Below, piece by piece: positions 1 through 11,050 of a stretch of DNA of 64,000 bases. Source of the DNA: Chloroflexota bacterium (lineage in GTDB: Bacteria > Chloroflexota > UBA11872 > VXOZ01). The stretch is taken from assembly GCA_964291655.2 (NCBI GenBank), contig OZ219802.1, forward strand, positions 224,001 to 288,000. The letters are read 5' to 3'. A model generated the notes under the pieces. It did no database searches, was not told where the DNA came from, and saw only the letters and a list, made by a program, of their open reading frames with translations. Both the position numbers and the translations under genes were made by a program. Within the stretch, counting starts at the first letter, position 1. The number at the start of each line of letters is the position of its first letter.

Positions 1-288
1 TTCCGATACGGCGACTTGGAGCCTGCCCTTTTGCACGAATTCGGTAGGATACCCCAACTCATCATCCAGTGTCGGCCACAGTCGCACAGACTCCACCGCC
101 AACGGCACCAAAGCCGGCTCGTCGGTGCGCTCGCTAATCATCCCGCCGTTGCGCCCGGAAGCCTCGGCTCCCACGACCCCTTTTTCAACAACGACGACGT
201 CCTTGCCTGCCTTGGCAAGATGGTAGGCAGTGCTGAGGCCCGAAATGCCGCCCCCAATGATGACGACGTCTGCTCTGTTACTAGGCAT
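1..288 (-). CDS. FAD-dependent oxidoreductase, DAO/sarcosine-oxidase-beta-like (runs off the window edge)
   Basis: Manual translation from ATG at 288: [49 protein letters not shown], with GxGxxG and ASGRNGG motifs. Not in the ORF track because it is truncated. Confidence 0.9.
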   Translation of the reverse strand, partial: MPSNRADVVIIGGGISGLSTAYHLAKAGKDVVVVEKGVVGAEASGRNGGMISERTDEPALVPLAVESVRLWPTLDDELGYPTEFVQKGRLQVAVSE

Positions 289-319
289 ATTGCCTCTCCG
301 CTGATCTATAGATCACTGC

Positions 320-1870
320 CTACCCCAACACTCTACTCACGGGAATGAACCACTTGACCCAATTCTCGCGCATCTCCTCAGTCTCATCGTGGGGCCACAT
401 CACACTCAGCGGCAGCGGTCGCACGGGTGGCCGGTAGGACATATAAGGCACTTCTGAAATATCGGTACCGGACTCCGCAGCCAGCAGCAGCGATGCCTGC
501 TCGCGGCAGCGCCTGCCCTGACACTGGCCCATTCCCACCCGCGTGAGGCGCCTGACTTGGTCTGGATCGACTGGCCCATCCTGCAATTGGGTTTGCAGGC
601 TCCGACTGTTCATCTGCTTCGACCGCCAATCCAAGTAACGGGGCGGGTCCAAGTCTATGAGTTCCCCGCGGGTAACTTCCTCGCACTCGCAGACAAGCAC
701 ATCCAGCCCGCCTACATTGACAAGTGACTGCAGCCATTGAATCCAAACTGAATGAACGGCGGCCGGGCTGGCAGCGACTGCCTCAGCCTGAATCTCGGCG
801 CGCCGGGCGCGGGCCTGCGCGCTATCGATAGCGCCGAGCGATTCGGCAGCGCCAATGCCGGCGAGGCGGCCTTGATTGCGGGCGACATTGTCGTCCAGGG
901 TCATGCCATCGTGGAATCCTGCAACATCACCCGCGACAAACACGTTCTCTACGCTGGTTCGCATGCACTCATCATGGTCCGGCACGTATCCACCAAGCTC
1001 AGACTTGAAGGTTACGTCGCAGTCCAGAAGACTGAGAAGCTCTATATTGGGCACGAGGCCGATGGCTTGGCACACTGTATCGGCGGCGATCGTCTTCTCT
1101 GAACCGCTGACCGGCTCGTTGCTATCGTCTACCGCCACGAGCACGACGGACTCGATACCGTCTTCGCCGCCGACGGCCTCCTTTAAGGTATGTGAGGTGT
1201 AAAGGTCAACGCCGTCTTGCTGCAGATCTCTCGCGAGGGAATCGTCGCCGCGCACGGATGAGGACACGTCAACAATGGCGACTACCTCAATGCCATTGGC
1301 GAGTGCCATTCTGGCAGTGTGGAGTCCCACGTTGCCGGAGCCCATGATCACCATACGCCGCGAAGTCAATGCCTGGTAGCGATGTAGCAGCGCGTGAGCG
1401 CCGTTGGCTCCCATCGCTCCCGCCAGGTCTGAACCGGCAAACGAGAAGCTCAAGTCTCGGGCGCCGGCCGCCACAATGAGCCGGTCGTACTTTATGACCC
1501 ACGATTGCTTGTCGTCGGCCAAGCCGAGTTGCGGACCATCGAGTCTCCGGCTGGTTTCCGTGTTGCGGAAGGCACCCCAGACGCACGTGCCAAGCTGAAC
1601 CTCGACACCGGCTGCCTCCGCCTCACTGAGCGTAGGGTTTGCCGCGGTCACCCTCTCCAGCATTGCATTCTTATTCGCGAGTGAGGATGTGGCCCGCTTG
1701 CCAAAGAAAAGTGGTACGTCTAAGTCCATCATGGACTTGCCGATGGGATTCTCGTCGATAAGTGTGACCTGCACGCCGGCTCTGGCGGCTTCAATGGCAG
1801 CAGCCGTGCCGGCAGTACCCGCTCCCACAACTACCAGCGGTTTTGTTTCCATGCTTGCCCCTCTTGCCAC
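320..1870 (-). CDS. NAD(P)/FAD-dependent oxidoreductase with C-terminal BFD-like [2Fe-2S] domain (opine/sarcosine oxidase alpha, HcnB-like)
   Basis: GAGTAG Rossmann motif, VFVAGD, VCECEEV and TRVGMGQCQGRRC, RPPVRP. True start may be ATG at 1852. Confidence 0.85.
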   Translation of the reverse strand: MARGASMETKPLVVVGAGTAGTAAAIEAARAGVQVTLIDENPIGKSMMDLDVPLFFGKRATSSLANKNAMLERVTAANPTLSEAEAAGVEVQLGTCVWGAFRNTETSRRLDGPQLGLADDKQSWVIKYDRLIVAAGARDLSFSFAGSDLAGAMGANGAHALLHRYQALTSRRMVIMGSGNVGLHTARMALANGIEVVAIVDVSSSVRGDDSLARDLQQDGVDLYTSHTLKEAVGGEDGIESVVLVAVDDSNEPVSGSEKTIAADTVCQAIGLVPNIELLSLLDCDVTFKSELGGYVPDHDECMRTSVENVFVAGDVAGFHDGMTLDDNVARNQGRLAGIGAAESLGAIDSAQARARRAEIQAEAVAASPAAVHSVWIQWLQSLVNVGGLDVLVCECEEVTRGELIDLDPPRYLDWRSKQMNSRSLQTQLQDGPVDPDQVRRLTRVGMGQCQGRRCREQASLLLAAESGTDISEVPYMSYRPPVRPLPLSVMWPHDETEEMRENWVKWFIPVSRVLG

Positions 1871-1891
1871 ATCGGAGGCTAGTTACTAGAT

Positions 1892-2992
1892 TTAGGTGCT
1901 TGGGAGAGCTACTCCCTCTTCCGCGACGGCCTGCGTGCTCACTCGCGGCGCGGAGATTCGGCCCGGCAGTGCGCCGTCCAGCCCATTGATGTATCCCGGA
2001 CCGAATCCACAGCACGTGCCAATAACCTGGACTCCCATGCCGACCCATGCGCCGGCCTCCCGCTGCAAGTCCTGCGCGGATTCTTCATTTACGGCACTGG
2101 CGTCTTGCTTGACGTCGAGATAGTCTTGCCGGCCCGCGTCCGGATAGGCCATGACGGGACCGGACCACTCGTCCAAGACCACCTGCAGCGCTTTCGTGGT
2201 GTCATGCAAACGACTATGGAACACACCAAGGACGTCAGGCCCAATCGCCGCAATCTCGCTAGCCGCGACGGCCAGGGTCTTCTCATTGTCGACTGGTCGC
2301 CAGGTGGACGTCCACATCGGCAGCCCTATGCCAACGCTGTAATTCCGATCGGCCGCGAAGTCCATGCGTACGGTCTGCCCATCCTCGCCCAGCGAAGCCG
2401 TAAATGCCACCCACACCGGCAGTCCCGTGCTCTTCGCCGCTTCCGTGGCAATTGCCCGAGATTCGTTGTCCGCCCACAGAGTCTCGATGAGGAAGAAGTC
2501 CACGCCGGACTCAGCCAGGATGTCCGCTTGCTCCCGGGCGTGGAACCGCAACTCCTCAACCGAGAGACTGGCGCCGTAGCCGTAGCCCGTGCCTCCGAGG
2601 AGCCTTCCGGTTCTGCCATCGCGAACTGGAATACGGCACGAGATCGAGCCGGCAATATACACGGGTTTCTCGCCGGCAGCACGGTACCTGGCATCCAGCG
2701 CCGCATCCACGGCCCGTGTGTTTACTTCCCGTACCAATTCCCCGTAGCCAGATGCCTCCAAGGCGGGACGCAGCGTATTGAACGTGTTCGTGGTGATAAT
2801 TTCCGCTCCCGCTCGTATGTAACGCTCGTGCATCTTGCGGACTGTAGCCGTATGCGTATAGTTGGCTGGACCACACCAAGAGGCGGGGTCCATAGGCACT
2901 CCCATCGCCTGCAGCTCCGTCCCAATTGCACCATCCAAGATGATCACGTCGCCGCTCTCAAGGCGGGTCTTCAGCTCCGCGTACTTGGACAT
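1892..2992 (-). CDS. Homocysteine S-methyltransferase family protein
   Basis: LDGAIGTEL, AGAEIITTNTF, GVDFFLIET, GTCCGFGP motifs. Confidence 0.88.
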   Translation of the reverse strand: MSKYAELKTRLESGDVIILDGAIGTELQAMGVPMDPASWCGPANYTHTATVRKMHERYIRAGAEIITTNTFNTLRPALEASGYGELVREVNTRAVDAALDARYRAAGEKPVYIAGSISCRIPVRDGRTGRLLGGTGYGYGASLSVEELRFHAREQADILAESGVDFFLIETLWADNESRAIATEAAKSTGLPVWVAFTASLGEDGQTVRMDFAADRNYSVGIGLPMWTSTWRPVDNEKTLAVAASEIAAIGPDVLGVFHSRLHDTTKALQVVLDEWSGPVMAYPDAGRQDYLDVKQDASAVNEESAQDLQREAGAWVGMGVQVIGTCCGFGPGYINGLDGALPGRISAPRVSTQAVAEEGVALPST

Positions 2993-3088
2993 TTCCTGTC
3001 ACCTCAGCACCGCTCGGCCCTGCTTTCTGGTAACGCTCCCAGAGGGCCGGCTACGCAACAAGAACCCTAGCTTTCTCAAGCTAGCGAC

Positions 3089-3117
3089 ATTCTAGTTTTC
3101 ATTTTCACTCAAGTCAA
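3089..3117 (-). promoter_or_regulatory. sigma70-type promoter for the methyltransferase/oxidoreductase operon
   Basis: TTGACT-N17-TAGAAT on the minus strand. Confidence 0.55.
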
Positions 3118-3328
3118 TAAGTCAAGACCACAAATACTGCATTTCATCGCGAAAAGTTACAATTTTCTCAGACGCACGGTGAAGAGCGCACCGGAGGCGC
3201 ATTGACGCGCCTGCAAAGCATGGTCGGCAGTGTCTTTCGGACCTGATCGACAGTTTGCTGGGCGCGACACATGGCGGTGCCTTCGCCGGGGTGAGGCGAA
3301 GGAACGGGTACTAGATTGGAAGGGAATT

Positions 3329-3956
3329 TTAGCGCAACCAGATAAGAGTGCCGACGAGACGAGGAAAGCAAGGTGTCTCCTCACCTGCTTGTCAAAGCGG
3401 GAGACGATGCGACAGAATTGCTTGATCTTGCCGATGCAGCACTCTAACAGATGTCGTACTAGGTGGAGTTTCGCAGCATAGGCGTGTGGCTTGCTGCGAC
3501 GCGCGCGCGGCGGTATCACTCGGAGCGCCCCACGCTGGATTACATCTCCGAGAAAGAGGCCGGAATTGTACGCGCGATCTGCGATCACATACGCTCTTGA
3601 AACCGGCGCTGCGCCCCTGCGCGCTTGGGTCACATCGTGTGCGTCTGATCTTTTCAACGGATAGCGCAAGGGGTTGCCGAGCGCAGCGACACTCGAATGG
3701 GTCTTGGTGCTGAACCCGCCACGGCTCCGTTCTAGACCCTGGGACGCATGCCCACTGTCTACTTGGGTGCACCGGCAGCGGAAGGATTGGCACGGACGAT
3801 GGTGCGGTCTAGGGTGAGGTGCGCCATGTGGAGGTCTGTGCTGAAGCACTGATGCATGCGCTCCCAGATTCCTCGTTCCATCCAACTGGCAAAGCGCCGA
3901 TAGTCGCGATTCCACTTGCCACAGTCGTCAGGCAGGAACCGCCATTGCACACCCGG
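3329..3956 (-). pseudogene. Degenerate, 5'-truncated IS5-family transposase
   Basis: Fragments in several frames: QWRFLPDDCGKWNRDYRRFASWMERGIW..LDRTIVRA; RSRGGFSTKTH; VIADRAYNS; RHLLECCIGKIKQFCRIVSRFDK; terminal IWLR*. A CTAG lies at 3311-3314. Confidence 0.82.
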
Positions 3957-3962
3957 CCGCTG

Positions 3963-4619
3963 TCAACGCTTTCGCGCGAGTACCAGCGGGTGGTTTTCGC
4001 TGACTTCCTGCATTGCCTCTTCATAGCCGGAACCCGTCGAATTTGACTCCAGCAGTGCAAGTCCAGCTTCATTCAAGATTCTCGCGTATTCGCTGAGGCT
4101 ATAATTGCTCCAATACATCGTCTCTCCAAAGAATTCGTCCTCCGTGTAGCCCGCCTCGCTGTAATGACTCAAAGTGCATAGCAGGTATCCGCCTGGTTTG
4201 AGCCACTGCTGGATCCGCCGAAAGAGTTCCGCATGTTCCTGTCTGGGAAGATGGAATACGGAGTAGAATGCCACCACTGCGTCGAAGCTGGAGGGAGGAA
4301 ACGTGGCCGACATGATGTCAGCACATACGAATTTGCCAGCTGGCACATTCTCCTGTGCGCGTTGGATCATCTCCGGTGAAATGTCCACTCCGGTTACACG
4401 GTAGCGTGCGGCCAGGGACGCGGCGATCGGTACTCCGGCGCCACAGCCAATGTCGAGCACCGTGTCACCGTCGTCCAGTCGACTCAGTAGTTCCCGCATC
4501 TCAGTCCCTGGCTCAGTCTTGCGAAATGCATCGTACGCTGCTGCACACGTGTCATATGCTTCTTTTACCAATGCCTTGTAGTCAACGTTCGGATCGATCG
4601 CAGGAATCACGAATGGCAT
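3963..4619 (-). CDS. Class I SAM-dependent methyltransferase
   Basis: VLDIGCGAG, GVDIS, FDAVV, LKPGGYL motifs. Confidence 0.9.
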   Translation of the reverse strand: MPFVIPAIDPNVDYKALVKEAYDTCAAAYDAFRKTEPGTEMRELLSRLDDGDTVLDIGCGAGVPIAASLAARYRVTGVDISPEMIQRAQENVPAGKFVCADIMSATFPPSSFDAVVAFYSVFHLPRQEHAELFRRIQQWLKPGGYLLCTLSHYSEAGYTEDEFFGETMYWSNYSLSEYARILNEAGLALLESNSTGSGYEEAMQEVSENHPLVLARKR

Positions 4620-4774
4620 GCCTTTCTTATATCAGTTGCAAGTACCATTTAGATTCGTGAATCGGACAGTCGCGCCGGAGACGGGTGAGTGAGAGGCGTA
4701 AATGCAGCCAACAGAGGCAGGTTGGTTGCGATGAGTCGCCTTTGACAGGAATAAACGGTGAATTGAGAAAAGGG

Positions 4775-4849
4775 GGTGGCTGAGGGGACTCGAACCCCCA
4801 ACCGCTGGAGCCACAGTCCAGAGCTCTAACCTGTTGAGCTACAGCCACC
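4775..4849 (-). tRNA. tRNA-His(GTG)
   Basis: Cloverleaf with G-1, acceptor GTGGCTG/CAGCCAC, anticodon arm CTGGA-CTGTGGC-TCCAG, GGTTCGAGTCC T-arm, C73. Complete CCA not encoded. Confidence 0.95.
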
Positions 4850-5060
4850 ATGCACGGCCAATCTTTGCTCAGTCTAGCAAGCTAATCGGTCCCTCGTCAA
4901 TGAGACGAGCAGCAGGGCAACCAAGGCAATGGTGGGACGCTATCGTCGTTCGCACATTTCAGGTCTTAGCTGGAGACTAGGCGCTAGTTTCGCACTTGGC
5001 CGGGCACGTGCCAACTCTTGTACCCAGCCTGGACTAGGGGCCGCCCGCCGGAAACTTCGG

Positions 5061-5972
5061 TCACGCTGCTCCCAAATGCGCCGTAATCTCGCTGTTTGTC
5101 GCAATCCAACAGCCGCCGGGCTTCTCTAGCGCATAGCGGATCACGGTATCGAGTATGTCGCAGTGAGGGTCGCGGGCGGCCATAGCGGGCGGATGGAAGG
5201 CAAGACTCAGGATGTAGCGGTTCGCGTGGGCGTGGTCAATCGCCGTTTTAAGCAATCTGACGTACTCCCAACGGTCCAGATCGAGAACTCGAAACGCCGC
5301 GATATCAGTCAGAGCCATAGGCGCGATCTCCAGCAAGCCGTTTGGATAGCGATATGGCTGGAGCTGGTTAATGTTCTTGCACATGGCGGCTTCGACGTGA
5401 TCGAGCGGCGGGCGCTTGGCTCCCCGCGGGGCCGGGCTAAGGTAGTGCGAGGTGACGTGGGTGAAGCCTTCGTCTTTGAGCAGCGCCTGGACCTCGGGCA
5501 CGTCGTGCAGCCCCGTGCTGAACGCGCCCGGCGTACCAAAGCCGGTAGCGGTAACGCCGAGCCGCTCCCGTATTGCGGCATTCGTGGCACGCACTTCGTC
5601 GCAGATGATCTGCAGCGGCGCGCGCCCGTTGGCCAGCCACGGCGTGCCGGCATACACAACCTGCAAGCTCTCGACGGTCTTTGCTTTGACGTTGAGGTGG
5701 GTGTACGTGTGGTTGCCCACCTCGTGACCTGCTGCAACGAGCTCTTTCAGATAGTCGATGTCCGGGTCCTCGAACGAACTGCCCACCAGCAGGCAATAGA
5801 GATGCACCCCGAACGAGCGTGCTACCTCGTGCATCTTCAGCACGTACTGCTTGCTGTCCGCATCCAGCGCGCCCTTTAGATGGTTCCATTGTGATGTCCA
5901 GTAGGGGAAATTCGTGCACATCTCAACCGCGGGCCGCAAACTGAGACAAAACTCCGCGCCATTTGGAAACAT
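5061..5972 (-). CDS. Polysaccharide deacetylase (NodB/CE4-like) family protein
   Basis: GHEVGNHTYTH motif, GFGTPG, LAFHP. Paralogue of 62415..63320. Confidence 0.8.
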   Translation of the reverse strand: MFPNGAEFCLSLRPAVEMCTNFPYWTSQWNHLKGALDADSKQYVLKMHEVARSFGVHLYCLLVGSSFEDPDIDYLKELVAAGHEVGNHTYTHLNVKAKTVESLQVVYAGTPWLANGRAPLQIICDEVRATNAAIRERLGVTATGFGTPGAFSTGLHDVPEVQALLKDEGFTHVTSHYLSPAPRGAKRPPLDHVEAAMCKNINQLQPYRYPNGLLEIAPMALTDIAAFRVLDLDRWEYVRLLKTAIDHAHANRYILSLAFHPPAMAARDPHCDILDTVIRYALEKPGGCWIATNSEITAHLGAA

Positions 5973-5995
5973 GCAATCCCAGTCCTACGTTTGGT

Positions 5996-6820
5996 TTATA
6001 CGTCTACGCGCGCTGCAGCTACGGCGCGACACGCCGTCATGAACTGATCGAAGCCGATCGTGTCGCCCACGTGCTTCTGAAACTCGATGAGGGCTATCTT
6101 CGTAATCAGCCGGTCCTGGAACGTCTCTGGGATCTCAGTCCCCAGCGTGGCCTCGCGAATGAGGAAAATCCGGTACCCGTAGGCCAACATCGGTCTGGTG
6201 GCCCCTTCCGACCCCTGTATGCACATGTTCGTTGCAAAACCCGAATAGATGAGGTTCTTAATGCCCCGGCTGCGGCAGATGCGGTCGAACTGCGCACTGG
6301 TGAGAATGACCTGATCGCCCGGCTCTGCCTCGCACGACGAGAGTATGCGCATCTGCTGCCAGCCATCCCACTCCATGTACCCGTGGCCGTGAGTCCGCTC
6401 CGCCCGCACTTTGCGCCAGCCGGGGTTGACCTCGGGAGGACCCGGTGCCGGCCGCGGCGGGTTGAGGTCGTCGTCCTCCAACATGTGATGGACGGAATCA
6501 TACTTCAGGGCGATGTTGCGGGGCTCAACGTGGAAGATCGCTATGCCCGCAGCGCGCGCCGCATCAATCGCCGGCCGGATGAACTCTGCGGCTATCCGTA
6601 CAGATTCCGCTTGGGTTTCCGGCTTCCCCATGTCCACAGAAAAGTACTCGGGGACCGGCGGGCCGTTGACATCGCCGACATTCCAAAGATGCAAGGCCAC
6701 AAAGCCCGTCTCTTTGGGGTCCAGTGCAACATCTTCCTCTTCCCAGTCGGCGGTGGCCAGCGTCCGCGTTCGCCAGTGCCTACCACGCAGACGTAGCTTT
6801 GCTTTCGTCTCCGCAGTCAT
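5996..6820 (-). CDS. Isochorismatase-like cysteine hydrolase
   Basis: IKNLIYSGFATNMCI and GYRIFLIREAT motifs. Confidence 0.72.
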   Translation of the reverse strand: MTAETKAKLRLRGRHWRTRTLATADWEEEDVALDPKETGFVALHLWNVGDVNGPPVPEYFSVDMGKPETQAESVRIAAEFIRPAIDAARAAGIAIFHVEPRNIALKYDSVHHMLEDDDLNPPRPAPGPPEVNPGWRKVRAERTHGHGYMEWDGWQQMRILSSCEAEPGDQVILTSAQFDRICRSRGIKNLIYSGFATNMCIQGSEGATRPMLAYGYRIFLIREATLGTEIPETFQDRLITKIALIEFQKHVGDTIGFDQFMTACRAVAAARVDV

Positions 6821-7161
6821 CCTGTTTCCCTCTCTTAGTTGGGTATTTCTTCGTCCCTAGCAGTATATGGCAAGCAGATGGAAAGCCTACTCACTTGTGC
6901 ACCAATTATGCACACATCCTGTAGTCAAGAATACGTCTGCAGCACGCGATCGTTCAATTGGCTTCGGCAGCAGATCCCAAACTGCGGGTGGCCTCTCCGT
7001 CAACCGCATGCAGACTCGCGCTGCCAAGCGGGTCGTGCACTATGCCCATGGCGGTAAGACGTGACTGGCAAATGGCTCCTGTGCTCTGTCGCAGGCAATT
7101 GTTTGCAGCCGGGGGCAAGGGTCATCTCCAGTGGAGCCGGCAGTGGAGTGGCAGGCCACAG

Positions 7162-7191
7162 TTGACTCAAAAGGTTCAGGGGTGTTACTAT
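7162..7191 (+). promoter_or_regulatory. rRNA promoter
   Basis: TTGACT (7162) N18 TACTAT (7186) with extended TG; boxA-like GCTCCTTAACA at 7218-7228. Confidence 0.6.
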
Positions 7192-7321
7192 GATCTTTGC
7201 CTGTTTTTACACAGGCGGCTCCTTAACAGGTGAAGAGTGATGAAGGTAAGAGTGTTTATCGTAGGAGAGTTAGGCGCGAACATTTCGGGATACGGCGGTA
7301 CTTTTTTTCTGTTATCGCTTT

Positions 7322-8855
<1,534 letters not shown>

Positions 8856-8977
8856 TAGGGTTTTTTACCCATTCCCGCCTATCCCTTGTTCACATACTCT
8901 CTCCTTACAAACACCCCCCTTCATCACCCTCCACCTGCTAATACCCGCCTCACTCCTACACTTACTCCAACGAATGA

Positions 8978-9009
8978 AACCCCCTCCATGAGGAGGGGTC
9001 TTTGTTTGT
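8978..9009 (+). terminator. Intrinsic terminator of the 16S transcript
   Basis: CCCCTCC-ATGA-GGAGGGG stem-loop followed by TCTTTGTTT. Confidence 0.7.
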
Positions 9010-9174
9010 CTCCTTGCTTACCGATGCTCTCCTTTCACAAGTGGGCTGGTCCCGTACGAGCGATCAAATCACCGACCTGCCTAGCCTGTGCGGCGAGACT
9101 GCATGTGCCTTGCATCCCGACACAACGAAACCTCCGAAGGAATGGCGTCCATAGTAGACACGAAGGGAATCTTG

Positions 9175-9879
9175 ATGTCTCTCGCGATCGCCATGCAAGC
9201 CGTGCGTCCAAGAGTGTGGCATTGGGCCGCGCCCCATCCGGACTGGTCTCCCTGGGATCCCAAGATCCAAGCTGGATTTGCTTGGTCGCAGGAGGTCTAC
9301 AGTGTCTGCTATGAGACACCGACCGAGATCGTACTGATCGACCCACTCGCGCCTCCCCACAACAGTCCGGCTGGCCCGCGATTCTGGCAGTCATTAGACG
9401 CTAGGGTACAAGAGGGACGATTGCCGGTGACTGTGCTCCTCAGCACCGACTGGCACGATCGCAGCGCCCAGGCTGTCTACGATCGCTATGCGCAACAGCA
9501 TGGCGCCAGAATCTTGATTCATGAAGCCATGCCACAGGGAGCTCTCAACTGCCAGCCGACGCACTTCTTTCGCAATGGAGAGCTACTGGCTGGAGAGGTG
9601 CAGACGTTTTCCATCACATCGCCACATCCGGAAGTAGCCTATTACCTCACTTCTGCGCGAACACTCATAGTCGCAGACGCGCTGTGGGGCACTCCTGATG
9701 GTCAAATCTGGATTGGGAGCCATGAGTTCTGTACGCTTCTCCCGAAGCTGCTGGAGGAACTAAGAGTTGAGACGCTCTTGCTGTCACACGCGGAACCCAT
9801 CGTTGCCAATGTGCACGCCGTGCTGGCAAGAATTGCGGAAGAACGGCCAGAGTGGATTCATCGCTCACCTATCTCATAG
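9175..9879 (+). CDS. Metallo-beta-lactamase-fold protein (divergent)
   Basis: VLIDPL, LSTDWHDRS, LIVADAL, LLLSHAEP match the MBL motif order. Start uncertain (9088/9142/9175). Confidence 0.6.
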   Translation: MSLAIAMQAVRPRVWHWAAPHPDWSPWDPKIQAGFAWSQEVYSVCYETPTEIVLIDPLAPPHNSPAGPRFWQSLDARVQEGRLPVTVLLSTDWHDRSAQAVYDRYAQQHGARILIHEAMPQGALNCQPTHFFRNGELLAGEVQTFSITSPHPEVAYYLTSARTLIVADALWGTPDGQIWIGSHEFCTLLPKLLEELRVETLLLSHAEPIVANVHAVLARIAEERPEWIHRSPIS

Positions 9880-10032
9880 GAAAGCCTACGGGTGAAAAAG
9901 CCCTCACCCACATTGAAGCTCGCCTCGTATCCTGGTAACTGACGCACCATAACGCTTGAGCTAGAGAATCTATCCAAGAGAGACTGGTGCGATTCCACTC
10001 GGCTTTAGTAGCCATGCTCAAGCGCCGCACGG

Positions 10033-10061
10033 TTGTAAGGCACGGTTTGCCGTGCTATACT
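10033..10061 (+). promoter_or_regulatory. Promoter of rnpB
   Basis: TTGTAA-N17-TATACT just upstream of the RNase P RNA 5' end. Confidence 0.65.
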
Positions 10062-10070
10062 GCCTAATGC

Positions 10071-10392
10071 TGAGTAGACCAGACAGCCGCGCATAGTCCA
10101 CACTTTACGTTGTGGACAGAGTGAGGAAAGTCCCCACTCCAGAGAGCAGGGTAGCGGGTAACACCCGTCCGCCGTGAGGCGAGGAATAGGGCCACAGAGA
10201 CTACGGCCGGTTGGCATCGTTACATGCGATTACGACCGGAGTGAAAAGGGTAACCTCTACCTGGAGCAAGGCCAAGAGAGGGACGTTGAGGCGGCTCGCG
10301 GAGTCCCGGGTAGGCCGCAAAGAGGCGCGGCGCAAGCTGCTGCCCAAGATAGATGGCTGTCCGCGACAGAATGGGGCTTATCGGTCTACTCA
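10071..10392 (+). ncRNA. rnpB: RNase P RNA (type A)
   Basis: P1 TGAGTAGACC/GGTCTACTCA, GAGGAAAGTCC, GGAGCAAGGCCAA, ACAGAATGGGGCTTAT universal elements. Confidence 0.95.
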
Positions 10393-10451
10393 ACACGCAC
10401 CAGAGATGTGTACTCATCTGCGATGCGGACGCATTTACAGTGCGTATGTGA

Positions 10452-10526
10452 CGCGGGGTGGAGCAGTGGCAGCTCGTCAGGCTCATAACCTGAAGGTCGA
10501 GGGTTCGAATCCCTCCCCCGCTACCA
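10452..10526 (+). tRNA. Initiator tRNA-fMet(CAT)
   Basis: CGCGGGGTGGAGCAG start, C1:U72 mismatch, anticodon loop CTCATAA, CCA encoded. Confidence 0.95.
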
Positions 10527-10588
10527 AATTGCCAGCTTCTTCAGACCATGTGCTCAGTTGTGTCTCTATGCTGTAGGGAGGGTTCAGC

Positions 10589-11011
10589 ATGGCTGCGCTC
10601 AAGCGTTTGGCAGGCGTTTACTTGCTCGTGGTAGGTGTTGCAGTTACCTTGCACTTCCTTGCCACCCAGTTTTACGATCCAACCTGGTCCGATGCGTCAC
10701 TTCCGGTTTGGCAAGTATTGAATCCACTTCAGATCATTGGCGTGATCGCAGTTCTTCTCGTGGCAATTGAACGCAAGCGCAATGCTAGCGCTGAAGGGAG
10801 CGACTCGCCGGTGACTCGGAAGTACTTGGAGGCCAACGTCCTCTTCTTTTGCGCGGCAGCAGTGCTCATCGCACACCTGTGGAACTGGTTTGGCGTGCAT
10901 TGGTCGGATCCGGCTAATAGCGATACCCAGCTCTGGATCATCATCGACATAGCGCTTGCGCTAATGTTTATTCCTACGTCGATTTCGCTTCTGCTCGATC
11001 CGTCCGAATAG
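10589..11011 (+). CDS. Hypothetical membrane protein (about 4 TM helices)
   Basis: 140-aa ORF, GGGAGG SD, four hydrophobic segments. Confidence 0.75.
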   Translation: MAALKRLAGVYLLVVGVAVTLHFLATQFYDPTWSDASLPVWQVLNPLQIIGVIAVLLVAIERKRNASAEGSDSPVTRKYLEANVLFFCAAAVLIAHLWNWFGVHWSDPANSDTQLWIIIDIALALMFIPTSISLLLDPSE

Positions 11012-11050
11012 GATCGTTGCCGCAGTCACTCTCGGCGAAAGAGGCGCGCA

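Noticed and set aside
2105-3070. 321-aa plus-strand ORF
   Set aside because: Antisense shadow of the homocysteine S-methyltransferase gene with no recognisable motifs.
3157-3240. Histidine-kinase C-terminal remnant (ARQCASGALFTVRL)
   Set aside because: Match is too short to distinguish from chance.
3157-3915. Intact 252-aa transposase
   Set aside because: Only the middle of the ORF is transposase-like; the N- and C-terminal parts lie in other frames and several conserved residues have decayed.
5163-6796. 238-aa and 277-aa plus-strand ORFs
   Set aside because: Antisense shadows of the deacetylase and isochorismatase genes.
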